From the IMG/VR virus record IMGVR_UViG_3300028127_000003: 64,000 bases of DNA; one strand, 5' to 3'. Every line of letters starts with the position of its first letter. The first letter of the stretch is position 1. Positions 62,363-64,000 of this stretch are shown here, in pieces. A model generated the notes under the pieces. The model saw only the letters and a list, made by a program, of their open reading frames with translations, ran no database searches and was not told where the DNA came from. The position numbers were made by a program, and so were the translations under genes. Source of the stretch: a virus.

Positions 62363-64000
62363 TTATCCATCACATGCTAAACAATCTTCCATTGCTCGCT
62401 GTGCGATGTCTCCTCTTAATACAGATTCTGTTCTCATATAATAAAGAGTTTTTATTCCCTGCTTATAAGCTTCTAAATGAACTTGATTAATATATTTAGG
62501 TTCAGCCTGTGTAGGAAAAGCTAAATTTAATGAAACTGCTTGATCAATATATTGTTGTCTTACACCAGCTTGTTTAACTAATTCCATTTGATTAATTTCT
62601 TTAAAGGTTCTAAATACATCTTTAACAGAAATATAAAGATCCTTTTCGTGATCTGTTAATTTGTCATAAGTGGCTTGCTTAATCGGGGCATCACTACTTC
62701 CTTCCTTTACCCAATATTCTCCTAATACATCAACGCCTTGAACTGAACCACCGTCTTCTAGTATTTTGTCCCATACTGTTTTCTTATTTTGCTTGATCTT
62801 AGTTAACATATTTTCAAGTGCAGGGTTCTTTCTAATAAAAGTTCCTTTTGCAGTTTGTTCAGTAAATACATTTGCTGCCCATGGTTCAATGCCTGGTGAA
62901 ACATTTCCTGCTAATTTAGAATTAGAAACAGTAGGAGCAATTGCTCTTAAGTGTGTGTTTCTCATTCCAGTTCCTACACACCAAAGAGGTTCTCCAAATT
63001 CTGTAGCTAAATCTCTACTTGCTCTTTCACTTTCTACTTTGATTTGAGAAAATATCTTTCTAGTTTCAAATTGAGCTGTCAAAGAATCGAATGGAATATT
63101 TCTATCTTGTAAATAAGTATGCCATCCGAGAACTCCTAAACCTAATGCTCTACCCTTTTCAGCGGATCTTACTGCATTTTCAAAGCCTCTCATATATTTC
63201 GCTCTATGAATAAACTCCTGAAGAACTCCATCTAAAAAGTAAGTTGCAGTATAGATTAAATCAGTATCTTTCCATTCTTCATATCTTTTAAGATTCACAG
63301 AAGATAAACAACATACAAATGAATGATTTTCATCGGTGTGTAAAGTAATCTCAGAACAGATGTTAGTCATATAAACCTTTAAACCATTTTGCTTATACGC
63401 ATCCGGATTCATTCTATTGATATTACCCTTAAACATTATATAAGGTTCTCCTGTTGCTCTTCTTTTTCTAATCACAGCGGCCCATCTTTTACGAGCTTCT
63501 TTATCTCCAGCCTCGATCTTTTGCATAAACCCGTCAGATACTACGATACATTGATGTACGTTTAAACATTGTCTATTTACATCACCCTTAGGTTCTCTAA
63601 CCTCTAACCATTCCCAAAAATCATCATGTTCTATATCTATATTGACTGACGCTGCACCTCTTCTTACTGAACCTTGATTAGTTGCTAAAATAGTAGAATC
63701 ATAAATTTTTATAAATGGAACTACTCCGTCTGAAGTTCCGTTTCCTGTAATGGTTGCTCCTGCCGGTCTTATCTGATTTACTCCGATACCAACACCGCCT
63801 CCATGTTTAGCAAGTAACATTAATTCTAAATTCTTTGAACCTATATCGTGAATTGAATCTGCTACATCTATACCGAAACATGAAATTGGAAGACCTCTTT
63901 CTGAACCCGTGTTTGAAAAAACTGGAGTTGCAAGATTTAACCATCCTTTCCACATATAATCAAAGAATTTACTTGCTAATTCTGGCTTTCTTAATCTTTG
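62363..64000 (-). CDS. nrdA: Ribonucleotide reductase class Ia alpha subunit (5' end beyond the window)
   Basis: LATPV.SN.G, GLPISC, GGGVG, RRGA, TNICSEI (NxCxE), AIAPT.S, Q...DQ..S.N, KTLYY, C-terminal CxxC; frame open to 64000. Confidence 0.96.
   Translation of the reverse strand, partial: QRLRKPELASKFFDYMWKGWLNLATPVFSNTGSERGLPISCFGIDVADSIHDIGSKNLELMLLAKHGGGVGIGVNQIRPAGATITGNGTSDGVVPFIKIYDSTILATNQGSVRRGAASVNIDIEHDDFWEWLEVREPKGDVNRQCLNVHQCIVVSDGFMQKIEAGDKEARKRWAAVIRKRRATGEPYIMFKGNINRMNPDAYKQNGLKVYMTNICSEITLHTDENHSFVCCLSSVNLKRYEEWKDTDLIYTATYFLDGVLQEFIHRAKYMRGFENAVRSAEKGRALGLGVLGWHTYLQDRNIPFDSLTAQFETRKIFSQIKVESERASRDLATEFGEPLWCVGTGMRNTHLRAIAPTVSNSKLAGNVSPGIEPWAANVFTEQTAKGTFIRKNPALENMLTKIKQNKKTVWDKILEDGGSVQGVDVLGEYWVKEGSSDAPIKQATYDKLTDHEKDLYISVKDVFRTFKEINQMELVKQAGVRQQYIDQAVSLNLAFPTQAEPKYINQVHLEAYKQGIKTLYYMRTESVLRGDIAQRAMEDCLACDG

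Noticed and set aside
1-64000. CRISPR array, integrase or transposase
   Set aside because: No regularly spaced direct repeats; the 32-bp repeat is dispersed and gene-proximal. No recombinase or transposase motifs were seen.
1-64000. Stop-codon reassignment as in some jumbo phages
   Set aside because: Core genes are full length in code 11, TAA/TAG/TGA all end genes, and there is no suppressor tRNA in the window.
33053-64000. Introns or inteins in terminase, helicase, gp46, polymerase or nrdA
   Set aside because: Lengths are ordinary, frames are uninterrupted, and no intein or homing-endonuclease motifs were seen.

Overview
About 64 kb of a large, AT-rich, T4-like (myovirus, likely jumbo) bacteriophage genome, almost entirely encoded on the minus strand. 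The host is inferred to be Bacteroidota (probably Flavobacteriales), from an Hc1-like histone protein, a TIGR03643-like protein, a T9SS type-B sorting-domain protein, and A-rich leaders without Shine-Dalgarno sequences. Positions 1-24.6 kb are an accessory region: a ~590-nt highly structured non-coding RNA resembling ROOL, six tRNAs including a rare tRNA-Ile(UAU), a 114-nt unclassified structured RNA, sugar-nucleotide enzymes, DNA ligase, a NEIL1-like glycosylase, an ECF-like sigma factor, two apparent pseudo-enzymes and many small ORFs. Positions 24.6-53 kb hold the virion module (tape measure, baseplate hub/chaperones, tube, sheath, terminase, neck, major capsid, protease-scaffold, portal, gp2, gp4, gp55, gp15) with the clamp loader and RNase H embedded. 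Positions 53-64 kb hold replication/recombination genes (gp46/47, gp41, UvsX, the C-terminal half of a split gp43 polymerase, gp45, nrdA). Three promoter classes can be read from the sequence: a 32-bp early-type repeat (7 copies), WKAAAC-N17-TATAAT (13 copies) and RATATATA. All protein and RNA family calls come from motif recognition by eye; no database search was run.
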